Shown here in pieces: positions 1-12,461 of a stretch of DNA of 64,000 nucleotides (position 1 is the first letter of the stretch; every line of letters begins with the position of its first letter). The translations under genes and the position numbers were made by a program. The stretch comes from Octopus vulgaris (Eukaryota). Location: the NCBI GenBank assembly GCA_951406725.2, contig OX597815.1, positions 79,112,001 through 79,176,000 of the forward strand, given 5' to 3'. The notes under the pieces are model-generated. The model made no database searches. It was not told where the DNA came from and was given only the letters and a program-made list of their open reading frames with translations.

Positions 1-274
1 ACAGGTTATATTGAACTGAATATGTCTCAGTACATCAGAAGTACTATATTTAATTGGACAAAAGAAAGATTACATCTTCAGCAAAGCTTTTCCACTGACA
101 TTAAACTATCTTCCTTAAGCTACGTAGCACTATCCCTCTTGCACATCCATTGTTTACACTGGGTACACTGTATAGAATTTCTACCAACTCCTTTTCTGCA
201 TATCAAACATGACTATTTCCCTGATGATGGCAGGGTTTCCACCTCCTTTCTTACTTTGGTATTTACTAAGTTCA

Positions 275-690
275 TCATCGTCGTTGTTGTAGTCATCATC
301 ATCATCATTATCCTTTAACGTCTGTATCCTCTGCTGGCATGGGTTGGATGGTTTGACCAGAGCTGTACCAGACTCCAATCTGTTTTCGCTTGGTTACTAT
401 GGTTGGCTTTACAGTGTGTGATGCTGGGTACTTTTATTGTGGCACATGCATGAGCACTTTTACATGATGCCAGCACAAGTGCTTTTTATGTGGCACTGGC
501 ACAGGACTCGTGCCAGCCAATCCTCTTCACCAGCAGGAGCAGCCTTAATACTTCTGCTGTGGAGGACAGGCTTTCTTAAGTACAGCAAGGTGTCAGGTAT
601 CTTGGTCCTTTGTCATCTCATTCAAAAATTTCAGCATCCTGAGGTTGTCCTTCAGTACTTCATCGCACGAATTCAATCCACTTTGAGAGA
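275..690 (-). mobile_element. RTE 3' end
   Basis: (CAT)n-tttaacgtc..catgggttgga family motif shared with 3435, 6077, 11036, 30802, 44053, 50571. Confidence 0.7.
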
Positions 691-1044
691 TTGGCACTTC
701 CTTATGAAACTGTTGGCATCAATTTTCACTTTTTTTTATTTCTTTTCTTGAGTTTTGGGATTCATAAGGCTGGTTACTCTGTTTCCATTGCATGTAAAGG
801 ACCAAGATCACAACATTTCCCTGAACAGAATGCCTCTCTGCTTCAGGGTCCAAGGCTGGCATTTTGAGGAAAGGAGACAAGTCAGTTAAACCAACCACAA
901 TACTAGTACTTGACTAGTACTTTATTTTATCAAATCTGAAAGGATGAAAGGCAAAGTTGATCCAGTGGAATTTGAGCTCAGATTGTGATGAACTGGAATG
1001 CCATTGAAAATTTTGTGACATGCTACTAATTCTGTCAGCATTTT

Positions 1045-1480
1045 AAGTTTCCTTTAACATTTTTCAATTCCAGAGTTTACTTCCACGACAGGAATTTCTT
1101 CTCTATACTGTTTACAGATTCATCTACAAGACCTAGGTCATCATCATACAGATCTTACAAGTAGCCAGTCTTAAACTCATCTGCTATGGCTTAGAGAATC
1201 ATAATAAAAAGAAGGGACAGTGGGCTACGCCTCAAGGGATCCCCTACCTCTATGCTAAATTTATTGTTGAACTCACTGCAGTCTCTCATCTTACTAACTG
1301 TACCTGACTTGAATAGTCTTCACAAGCCTTTCATCTTACCTTAGTTTTGTTAATAACTTCTATCTTATAGAATTACAGTGTGGGGCATAGTTATAGTTGT
1401 TCTCCAAGAAAACAAATGCTAAATATAGGGACTTACTCATATCTAAGTATTTCTCCTGTTGTTATCCCACTAGAAACTTA
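1045..1480 (-). mobile_element. RTE RT fragment
   Basis: QEKYLDMSKSLYLAFV and EFKTG..YDDDLGLV on minus. Confidence 0.7.
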
Positions 1481-1508
1481 GCAAAAAACTAAGTTACATC
1501 TGATGATA

Positions 1509-2020
1509 CCATAAATCCTCATGTATAGTCCACCCTTGAGTATAATATACAGGGGATTTTTAGGGGGCTGTACCTCTGAAAAAACTAAACCTTGTGTATA
1601 ATACGCATCCCTTCTCTAACTTGAGTCAAGTAGGTCTATATAACATCCTTGGTTTGTAAAAATGTATATGGTAATGTCCTTTATTATTATTGTATATATA
1701 ACATAATGCAAACGTGTAGCATTTTTGTGCATTTTGTTTGCAGAAAATAAAGAAAAAACAGTAATAACGTTTAATAAATGTTGCTTACTGCAAGTTATGG
1801 ATGATTCTTTTATGACTTCATTGCTTTCAGGCTTAGCTTAAGGTATTTTCGTGCCCGACATCACAAAATGCGTCTGAATAAACATTGTCAAACAGCAAAC
1901 AGAGACTAGGACATTGCTTAGAAAATAATCTTCCTTTTTAACCTCGTGTGTAATACGCACTAGGGATTTTGACCATTAAATTTTGGGAAAACAATGTGGA
2001 TTATACTCGAGGATTTACGT
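1509..2020. mobile_element. pogo/Tc1-type MITE
   Basis: 25-bp TIR ccataaatcctcatgtatagtccac / gtggattatactcgaggatttacgt, TA on both sides. Confidence 0.8.
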
Positions 2021-2529
2021 TAATTCTTTCTCAATCAATTTCATAGTGACTTTTTCTCATAATTTCCACAAATGGCTCAACAATTTGATGTCTCTGTCAT
2101 TCCTTATCTCTACTGTATCATCTTTGCCTTATAGCAGTTTATCACGATGTTATTATGGCAATCATTGAGTAATGATAGCTGCTTATATCATCTGATTGAC
2201 TTTTCAAGTGACTGACCCATATCCTACTTCACCAGATGCTTTAAGCATCTCAACCACTATCCTCAATGCACCAGCTGTTTTACCTGCCTTATCTTCAATA
2301 TGTATACATGTATGTGTAGATGTATATATACATATATGTACATGTAATATGTACACATATATAAGCACATATATACATGCATACATATATACACCCATGC
2401 ACACATACACACACACACACACACACATATAAGTGCAGGTGTGGCTGTGTGGTAACAAACTTGGTTCCAAAACACATGGTCCTCAGTTCAGTCCCACTGT
2501 GTGGTAACATGGTATGTGTTTTCTGCTAT

Positions 2530-2678
2530 ATCTGTCTGTCTGTCTGTGTGAATTCCTAAAACTTGAGAACTACACAACCAATTTCATTCAAATTCACAAT
2601 GTAAAATTTTTAATTTTCAAAAATTCCAATTCTAAAGGGTCAAAACAAACCCGAGCAACGCCAGGTGATACTGCTAGT
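2530..2678 (+). mobile_element. Helitron/Helentron-like 3' fragment
   Basis: (GTCT)n, acccgagcaacgccaggt hairpin, ctagt end. Confidence 0.55.
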
Positions 2679-2743
2679 ATATATATATATTATTGAAAAG
2701 ATTTGGAGCCAACAAGGGGTATGATTGGGCATTTATTTTCAAT

Positions 2744-2781
2744 CACTACAATTGTTTCTATGCAATGTAGTTCTCCAGGTG
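2744..2781 (-). ncRNA. Degenerate hammerhead motif in a fold-back element
   Basis: Minus strand: CAC-CTGGAGA-ACTACATTGCATA-GAAA-CAATTG-TA-GTG; a more decayed twin lies on + in the other arm (about 2881-2918). Confidence 0.5.
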
Positions 2782-3189
2782 TGCAGGTACTTGATTATGT
2801 AACCATTTCCCTGCATTATGAGATCCAGCTCTGTTTCTTCTCATAATGCCAGGAAACAGTTGCATAATCATGTACCAGCACACATAGAGAACTATGTTGT
2901 GTAGAAACAATTGTAGAGATTGAAAGTAAATGCCCCACTGACTCCAAATCTTTTCAATTATCTATTCATACACAACAGAAGCCCAAACGCATATATATAT
3001 ATACACATTTAAGAAATAATTGAGATTCAGTTGAATTAGGTACTTAAGTTGAAGCACCAAGTCAGTCTTCTATTATCTGCACAGCTCGAAGTAAGGTAAA
3101 ATCAAAATAAGCAACAAGATATCAAGTAGTGATGCAGTATGACCGATTAAATTTCATAGTTCAACTTTCCAAAGTAATAGAAACAAGAG

Positions 3190-3426
3190 CATCCCTTGCC
3201 ATATCACAGTTCACCTAATGTGGTTCACTTATTGCAGTTTATTATTTAAGCTTACGTCGATTCCTCTGTGGTGTTGTTTTGCATCTATAATAAAATAAAT
3301 ATATACAAATTATAAAAATAATTTTAAAAAAAATATGCAGTACAGTACTGTTTCTACTTTGTGGATTATTATCTATTGCGGTGGGTTTTGGAGTGTAACA
3401 CCTGCAATATTCAAGTGATTACTGTA
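3190..3426. mobile_element. Tigger-like MITE fragment
   Basis: 3' end cctgcaatattcaagtgattactgta resembles Tigger TIRs. Confidence 0.45.
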
Positions 3427-3434
3427 TATATATA

Positions 3435-5900
3435 TCATCATCATCATTTAACATCTGTTTTCCATACTGGCATGGGTTGGATGATTTGACTGGGGACTGG
3501 CAAGCCAGGAGGCCGCACCAGACTCCACTCTGATCTGGCAATGTTTCTACAGCTGGATGCCCTTCCTAACACCAACCACTCCAAGAGTGTAGTGAGTGCT
3601 TTTTATGTGCCACCAGCACAGGAGCCAGTCAGGCGGCACTGGTGTCAGCCACGTTCAGATGGTGCTTTTTACATACCACTGGCACAGGGAGCCAGTCAGG
3701 TGACACTGGCAACGACCCACACACGAATGGTGCTTATTGTGTGCCGCCAGCATGGGAGCCTGTCAAGCGACACTGGCATTGGCCACAACTACAATTTCCA
3801 TTTGAATGTGATTTGATTCAATTTGATTTTGATTTTACTTGACTCAATAGGTCTCCTCAAGCACAGCATGTTGTCTGATGATTCAAAGGTACTTTTTAAA
3901 TGGGCTGGTTATGCGACACTGGTGTAGGCTATGGCTGTGATCTCAATTTACTTGCTGTGTTTTCTCAATCACAGCATATCTCCAGAGGTCTCAGTCTTTC
4001 ATCATTGCCTCTGTGAGGCCCAATGTTTGAAGGTCATGCTTCACCACCTCATTCCATGTCTTCCTGGGTCTCCCTTTTCCACGGGTTCCTTCCAAGTCAA
4101 TAAAAGCCAAGTATAGGGGTTTATATTTGGCTAAGTATTTCTCCTGCAGTTTCCATACCAGGAATATAGCATCAGTGGTGCTTCTACCTGGCACAAAACC
4201 AAACTGCATCTCATCTAAGCAGACTCTCTCCCTAATTAGTTGGGCTATGTCCCTCTCCATGACCTTCATCACCTGATCCAGCAGTTCGATCCCCTGTAGT
4301 TATTTCTATCTAAATCATAACCTTTACCTTTGAAGCAGTTGACTATGGATATGACAGTTGGATATGACTCCTTCATGAACCATTTGGTTTACAATATGGG
4401 TGACTAGGCCATAATCCACACCACCAGATATTTTAAGCATCTCAGGATTGATTCCTGGTGGTATGGGGGCTTTCCTGACTTCATAGCCTTAATTGCTTTA
4501 TCTACCAGGGTGCTATCTAATCGGGTAGCTGGTCCCTCTACTGGGTCAACATTGGCAGGCTCTCCTCCTCCCTTTCATTTTCAACATTCAGCAGCATTTC
4601 ATAATGGTTTCTCCAAGCCTCTTTCTTTGCAGAATCATTAAAGGCAAATGCTCCATCATCCTTTTGGACACATGTCTCTCCTGTGACATCACAATTTTTT
4701 CTCACACACTGCCTTGCAATCCGAAATACTTCAGTTCTTTGGCCCTCACATCGCTGAACATTGGCAAACTTCTTTTCTGCTTCTCCCTTGGCTATGTATA
4801 CCTGTTGCCCAGCCTCCCTTCTGACTATCTGGTACAGTTCCCTGCTACCCCTACTCTTCCAGGCTTGCCAAGTCTGTTTCTTTGTTCTAATGACCTTATC
4901 TACCATATTATTCCACCACCACATTACTCTAGGTCTGGAAGGGACTTTGCACCAGCCGCAGATTTGGTCCGTGGCACTCAGTAAGCTGTCCCGTAGGAAT
5001 TTCCAGTTAGCCTCTATGTCTGAAGTCTGTAGCTCCTCCTCCCTCTCATCAAATTTCTCAATGAGGTTGTCCCTAAATCTCTGACCATATGAAGGGTCCT
5101 TTAGCTTCCAAATCCTTCTTTTCTGGATTGGTCTGCTTCTTGGCATCCTTCTAGCTCTGAGTCTAAAGTCACTAATAGCTAGTCTATGCTGGGGGGTACA
5201 TTCTTCAACAGGGAAGGTCTTTGTATTTAAGAGCAACATTGCATCCTGCTGTCTGGTGAGGATGAAATCAATCTGGCTTGCAGAGTTACCTGATTGATAG
5301 GCTATCAAGTGGCTGTCTGGCTTCCTGAAGTTGTTGTTGCAGATTAATAGGTTGCATGCATCACAGAGCTCCAATAGCCTAGTTCCCTCTTCATTTCAGG
5401 AACCAATTCCATGGCCCCCGTGAACACCATGGAAGATACTGGATTGCCATCCAACATGCCCATTACAATCTCCAGCTGCAAAGATGAAGTCATTGCCACT
5501 CATCTTTGAGGTAGTCTGTAGAAGAGTATCATAAAAGTGATCCTTCCAATCATTTGGTAGGCCCACTTGTGGGGCTTAGGCAGAGATAATTGAAGCTATG
5601 CTATTCTGAAAGACTAGCCTGAGCTTAAGCACCCTATTGCACACCCTGACTATCTCTATGACCTTATCCATTCATTTCTCCACAAGGAGTATGCCTACAC
5701 CCCATACTCTATCACTATTACCTTCCCAGAAGATTTTATACCTGTGTGCCTTGCCTGTGAGGACCCTGGCTGAAGCTTCTTACCACCTTACCTCTTGTAA
5801 GCAGCATACATCAACACGTCTCCATTCAAGTATTTCTGCAATCTCACTAGATCTACCTTTCAGTATGTCTACATTGACAGTGCCAACACTAAAGACTGGG
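3435..5900 (-). mobile_element. RTE-clade LINE, internally deleted
   Basis: APE domain (VCCLQEVRW, SQIDFIL..QHRL), RT start (MQFGFVPGRSTTDAIF..AFIDLE) fused to C-terminal GRPRKTW; 3' UTR ending in (GAT)n. Confidence 0.92.
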
Positions 5901-6076
5901 AAAGGAATGTGGGAGGAAGCATGGGGAGGGGAGATGTTATTCAGTGCTTGATATATAGCTAGCTAGCTAGATAGATAGATATAGATAGATAGATAAATAG
6001 ATGGATAGATAGAAATTATATATTTATATACACGTATGTATAAGTACATATATATACAAATACATATTTATATATA

Positions 6077-6500
6077 TCATCATCATCATCATCATCATGT
6101 TCCATGCTAGCACGTGTTGGCCAGTTTGATAGGAGCTGATCAGTTGGAGAGCTACCTGGGCCCCATGTCTGGATGCCCTTCCTAACACTAATCACTTTAC
6201 AGAGTGTACTGATTGCTTTTACGCAGCACTGGCAGGGATCCTCTCATACATGGCACAGGCATGGGTGTTTTTTATGTGGCACCAGCACCCACAAGCCTGG
6301 AAGATTAGGAACACTCAGCAGAAGAGGGACGCAGGGGACATGCCTGTGTTCAAGGATGACCATGTATTTACCGAGCTAGATGTGTCTTCTCAAGCACAGC
6401 AAACTGCCAGAAGTCTTGGTACCCTGTCATCCCCTGTGTGAGGCCCAACATCTGAAGATCCTTTCTCACCATGTTGTCCTACATTTTCTTAGGTCTACTC
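6077..6500 (-). mobile_element. RTE 3' end
   Basis: (CAT)n tail, ctggatgcccttcctaac motif, C-terminal coding remnant. Confidence 0.75.
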
Positions 6501-6923
6501 CTTATACAATTGGCTCCTTAGTTCAATTTTTATCTACCAGACTTACTCACAAGGTATTGGTTGGGAAGCTAACTTCTTACCACTCAGCCATTTGAGTCTG
6601 ACAGCTAAAAAAGGTACAAAACCAATGGTCACTTTCTGACAGCCCATAAGAAACAACCTTCTAAATATATTACTGGTCAAATGTTTTAGTATGCTTCTTT
6701 TTCAGATATATTAACTACTGGTGATGTGTGTGTGTGTGTGTGTGTGTGAGGGGGGAAGGAGAGAGGGAGAGAGAGAGAGAGAGTGTTGGCACTGGAAAGG
6801 GAAAGGGCATCTGGCTATAAGATTAAAATACTGCCTCTGAAAGTCCTAGAGCAGACACAGAGCAGTAATGATGATGATAGTGAGGAAGGTGGTAGTACTG
6901 TTTGATGATGATGATGGTGTGTA

Positions 6924-6964
<41 letters not shown>

Positions 6965-8520
6965 TTGTTTGTCTAGAAGGAAATTGTTACAGATGCCCAG
7001 CCACCCATCAACAAACTATAGACCTATTTACAGAATCCTTCCCTTCTATTGCAGTCCCTCCTTCATTGGTTTGGTGATCCTTTGGAGCCCCAATTATTGA
7101 CCTTGTCTTTGAGTTCATCTTCCAGTCAACAGTGGCTGCCCTTGAGCAATTGCTGAAAAATATTGAAGCAATTGAATCCCATCAAGGTTTCTTCATACTT
7201 AGAAATTATCTTTCAATCCCTAAGCTTCTATATTTGCTCTGAGTCAGCTCCTCTCACCGATTGCCATCTTACCTCTGATGCTTCAGCAACCTAATCTTCA
7301 AGAGACTCAAATGCTTGGTCAAGTGTCAGACTCTTTCCAATGTCCCACAATCAGGCTGTATTGCCCAAGCAGTTTGGGGGTCTTGGTCTTTGTAAGTGTT
7401 CATCTCTCTCTCTCCCCTGCTTCCTTTCCTCCACTCATGCCTGTTCCACCTTGGTGAGCAACATCTCCTCTCCAACATAGACCAGTTCCAACAGAGAGTT
7501 AGATGAAGCACTCCAACACTGGAGTGAATTGGGCTTGTCTACTTCTGAGAAGCTGGAGGACTAATGGAGTCAGAGAGCTTGGGACAACATAATTTCGAAG
7601 GCCACCTTTGACTCCCTCTTCATTTAGTCGGACCAGTTTTCAAGGTGCCGCTTACTGTCTGCAAGTGCCAAATACTCAGGTGACTGGATTGATGCCATCC
7701 TTGTGGATAACGTTGGTGGCCTACTCCAGCTTGGATGAACTTTGTGTCTCTATTGCTCCAGAGTGGGAACTGACATATGCTTGGGTTTGAGCTGTTGTTG
7801 TGGTAAACTCCTTGACTCCACAGGTCTCCATGGCCTTTCTTGTTGCCTGAATGCTGGTCATATCACACGTCATATGGAGTTAAACCTTATACTCAAGAGG
7901 AACTTGGCCCAGGCAAACATCCCCTCCATCTTGGAACCATCTTGGTTGTCTAGATGTGATGGGAAAAGACCTGATGGCTTCACCCTGTACCCCTAGGTTG
8001 AGAGGCAGATGCCTTGTCTGGGATGTCACAGTTAGCAATTCCTTTGCTTCTTCACAAATTCTGGATGCTGCGGCCAGGGCAAGATCCACAACTTCTGCGG
8101 CAGAGCAAAATAAAATCCCAAAATACCATGATCCGTCAGCCATCTACATTTTCCATCCTGTGGCATTCGAGATGTTTGGTAGGGTCAGACCACTGACTAT
8201 GAGATTCCTGTCTTCACTGGCAGTTTGCCTAGCTGGGGTAACTGGTGAAGCTCATAAGAGTGCTTGGTTGTTCCAGTACATCACCCACGGCAACGCTGCA
8301 AGCATACTGGCATGCCTCAATAGTCATTAGAGAGGTTTCCCAGCACCCCAAAATTTTCAGCCTAAGGTGGTGAATTGCTTTTTTTTTTCTGGGGTTTTTT
8401 TTATGTGTTTTTTGTTTGGTAATTTTTCAATTGTGTTCTTTGTCCATTTTTCTAATTTGATTTTTTTTCTAATTTATGCCATATGTAATCGAGAATTATT
8501 ATTTAAATAAAACAATAAAA
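6965..8520 (+). mobile_element. CRE-clade non-LTR retrotransposon 3' portion (restriction-like endonuclease)
   Basis: C-C..DSTGLHGLSC..HITRH..EP..DGKRPDG..WDVTV..AEQNKIPKY..PVAFEMFG: zinc finger + PD-D..K RLE; A-rich end with AATAAA near 8506. Confidence 0.85.
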
Positions 8521-8568
8521 CACAAACGATAGAATAGTCCCTGATTTAAGATGTAGAAAGGAAAAAAG

Positions 8569-8617
<49 letters not shown>

Positions 8618-9051
8618 AAATAGACAGGCAGGCAGGCAGACAAAGAAAATTGCTATATGTGTGTGTGTGAGAGAGAGAGAGAGAGGGGACAAGAGAGAAA
8701 TAGACAGAGAGAGGTTAAAGTAAATTAGAAATGAAAGAAGACTGAGAGCTAATGCAAGACACTGGGAAAGAAAAGAAAAGTAGAAAGGAAATAGAGAAAG
8801 AAAGAAACAAAAAAGAGATAGGATGATAGAAGTTGATTAAAAACTGAAAGATTACTTTAGATAACGCCTGCTTTTAGCATTGTTTACAGAGGCGTTTTCA
8901 GGAAATTAATCGGTTTTATTTATATTTAGAGTCTTCAACTTCCGAAGACTCTAAAAACATTTCCAGTGTAACAAGTAATTGTCTGTCGATGTCAGACTTT
9001 TACTTAATACAAAAACATAGCAAGAGAAGAAAAGTAAAGGTGGAAGAAGAG

Positions 9052-9096
9052 CATCATCATCACCACCACTGCCACCCCCACCACCATCATAATCAT

Positions 9097-9128
<32 letters not shown>

Positions 9129-9150
9129 TCATCATCGTCATCATCATCAC
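9052..9150. repeat. (CAY)n trinucleotide tract
   Basis: About 32 CAT/CAC units. Confidence 0.9.
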
Positions 9151-9733
9151 TTTTTCTCTAAAACCTTCTAGTTGTGAATGGAGTTATAATAGAAGTAGAA
9201 AGCATCGTCATCATCAGCAGCAGCAACAGTATTCCTTTCATTTCTATGGTTGCTCTATCCATTGTTAAATGAAGCACTCAATATCTTCCTTGTTACCATA
9301 GTTTGTTTCTTTTAACAATACTTTGTGTTACAGCATTGTGGCTTCGCTGTCAAGTTCATCACTTATACCTGTCTGTGTTGTGGGTGAGGGTCCTATACCA
9401 ATGATATATATCAGATACTAATATATGCCAGCTGATATGGGGAAGGCATGGTAGGATTGATAAAAGGCAATCCTGATATGAGGTGAGTTGACACACACAC
9501 ACACACACAGAGTCTTGCTGAGAGCAAGGTAACTTCAAAAGTCTGGTGCCTTGTAAAAATGCACCCAGTACACTCTGTAATGTCGTTGGTTTTAGGAAAA
9601 GCATCCAGCTATAGGAACCAAGCCCAAACTGAATCAACCTGATGCAAGACATGATCCTCTGATATATTGGTTCACATCAAGCCAGCCAGCCAGCCCATGC
9701 CAGAATGGAAAGCAATGATGATAATGGTACATG

Positions 9734-9779
<46 letters not shown>

Positions 9780-9985
9780 ACACACACAATTATTCAATTA
9801 TAATTGATAATTTCCATTTACTTCAGGACAGTCTAGTCACTTCTGTACTACTCTGATCATATACATGTGCTGAGGTAGACTATGAAATTCAAAGCAGATA
9901 TATTTGTGGTATTTGTATGCACCTGTAGCTTTGCATTTACTTTCCTGTGGGTATGTATAAATATCTCATTTATTTCCCTATGTAT

Positions 9986-10041
9986 GCCTTGCTGATGAGG
10001 AAAAGTTACTGGACTAATCCAGAAATTGATCAATTCAAGGC
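9986..10041 (+). ncRNA. Type I hammerhead ribozyme motif (intact core)
   Basis: GCCTTG-CTGATGA-GGA..TCC(A)-GAAA-TTGATCAA-TT-CAAGGC: 6-bp stem I, both core boxes, palindromic stem III, UH site. Confidence 0.75.
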
Positions 10042-10201
10042 TAACTATTTTATGAATTTCTGTGAGCCTACTCTCTCGATTTCAACATGTTGTGTACTAT
10101 AAAAGTGATAATTTTAAAGTGGTTTGACGATTTAGCATCTACTTTCAACATAGGCATGGTCTCTTCTACACCCTTAATTATAATAGTATTTATATATATA
10201 C

Positions 10202-10249
<48 letters not shown>

Positions 10250-10365
10250 GTATATGTGAATGCAACTTCATCCTCATATACACATAGGTGTATGGTTGCA
10301 TACATATATAGTTAGACATTTATACATATAAATATATGTGTGCGTATATATATATATGTACACAC

Positions 10366-10440
<75 letters not shown>

Positions 10441-10668
10441 AAGATACATTTTTCTATCACACACCTACAACTGCAAATATACAAGCATATGCATATCCAT
10501 ATAAATGAAGGGGATGTGTGCATGAAAGTTGCACTTATGCACCAGACAGTCCTACACTCATATACATACATACACACGTACACATATACACATGTACACA
10601 CAACACATTTAATATATACATACATATACTCACACATGTACACAGTTACACAATTAAAAAGGTAAAAA

Positions 10669-12150
10669 TGGGGTGTTCAGGCTGTATTTGACGACTTTAT
10701 GTCTCCTTTTTTCAGGAACAGCTTGATGCATTGGTGAACAGTCAAACGGCATTGGAGAACATAAAGATTAAAGCTATAGTTGAGAAAAAGTAAGCTGATA
10801 TGGAGGACTGGAAGCCATCTGAATATTGGGAAAGAGTCACCTGTATCATGATGATCAGTATCAAGTATCAAAGTGCCAACATCATAATTGCTGCTCAATG
10901 CTCTGCAAACACTGTAAAGGCTGTAAGACATGACATGGATATTATGAAAACTAAGTTCCCCTTTAGGCGTGTCTTTAGTGAGGGAGATGTCACGCTTCCC
11001 AACCTCTTTGAATAGGGCCTTTGGTTCAATTCAGATCATCATCATCATCATCATCATTTAACGCCTGCTTTCCATGCTAGCATGGGTTGGACGATTTGAC
11101 TGAGGGCTGGAAAACCAGATGGCTGCACCAGGCTCCAATCTTGATCTAGCAGAGTTTCTACAGCTGGATGCCCTTCTTAACACCAACCACTCTGAGAGTG
11201 TAGTGGGCGCTTTAATGTGCCACCGGCACAGTGACCAGTCAGGCGGTACTGGCAATGACCTCGCTCAAATGTTTTTACATGTGCCACTGGCACAAGTGCC
11301 TGTAAGGCGATGCTGGTAATGAACACGCTTGAATGGTGCCTTTTATGTGCCACCGGCAAGGAAGCCAGTTAGCCTGGCAATGATCATGCTCGGATGGTGC
11401 TCTTAGCACCCTACTAGCACGGAGCACAAGTGCCAGTAAGGCAATGCTGGTAATGATCACACTCGAATGGTGTCTTTTATGTGCCACTGGCACGGAAGCT
11501 GGTTAGCCACTCTGTCAACGATCACACTCGTATGGTGCTCTTTGCACCCCACGAGCACGGATGCCAGTCATCGAATTTGATTTCAATTTCACTTGCCTCA
11601 ACAGGTCTTCACAAGCAGAGTTTAGTGTCCAAAGAAGGAAAAGGTATGCATAAGTGGGCTGGTTATGCCCCTGGCATAGGCCACGAGGTTATGGTCTCAA
11701 TGTGAAACTGCTGGAGACTGTGGTCAAACTCTGACTAAGGAGAGTTGTTGCTGGAAGGCCATGTGTGACAGCTTGTTTTGACTTATTGCCATACTTTGGA
11801 CTCTTTTCAGGAGTCAAAAGTGGTTGTAGGAGAATCTACAACTTCAGCCCCAATTTCTGGCCTCCTAATTCCTCTGATTATAATCCCATGAATTACTCTG
11901 TGTGGAGCACAATTGAGAAAGATACCAACCACTCTGTCTACAATACCAAGGCCAAGCTGCTGGTCAAAATCAAGGAGGTGTTTGAAGATCTTCTCAGGGA
12001 CACAGTGAGGAACATAAGCACCAGGTTCTTGAGCCATCTTGAGGCTGTGGTGAAAGCAGCTTTGAGTTAACAGTTATCTCCCAGCCATAATCTTGTGGAT
12101 ATTTTTTGATTTCTTAAAATATTTTAATCTTTGGGTGAGATTTTGTGTTT
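10669..12150 (+). mobile_element. Tc1/mariner-superfamily transposon remnant (maT/DD37D-like), interrupted by an RTE 3' end
   Basis: MKTKFP..VFSEGDV before, and VKLLETVVK..NFWPPNSSDYNPMNYSVWS..LEAVV after, the 11036-11700 insertion. Confidence 0.8.
11036..11700 (-). mobile_element. RTE 3' UTR with internal tandem units
   Basis: (CAT)n tail; repeated ggtg..ttttatgtgccac.ggca units. Confidence 0.8.
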
Positions 12151-12232
12151 TCTTTTCCCTTTATCAACTCCAAAATGGCATAAGGCAAAGTATACCTTGA
12201 CAGAATTTGAACTCAGAATGTAAAGCCACTTA

Positions 12233-12461
12233 TAGGTGGTGAGCTGGCAGAATTGTTAGCACGCTGGACAAAATGCTCAGCAGTATTTCGTCTGCCGTAA
12301 CGTTCTGAGTTCAAATTCTGCTGAGGTCGACTTTGCCTTTCATCTTTCCAGGGTCAATTAAGTACCAGTTAGGCACTGGGGTCGATATAATCAGCTTAAT
12401 CCATTTGTCTGTCCTTGTTTGTCCCCTCTGTGTGTAGCCCCTTGTGGGCAGTAAAGAAATA
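12233..12461 (+). mobile_element. tRNA-head SINE family B
   Basis: gagctggcagaa..gagttcaaattc..gactttgcctttcatc core; further copies near 860-1040(-), 15590-15818(+), 16631-16807(-), 23718-23810(+). Confidence 0.85.

Noticed and set aside
8989-9171. Poly-His ORF
   Set aside because: Translation of a (CAY)n microsatellite; no splice or homology support.
12233-12320. tRNA genes at SINE heads
   Set aside because: A/B boxes are present but no cloverleaf; each continues into a multicopy SINE body.
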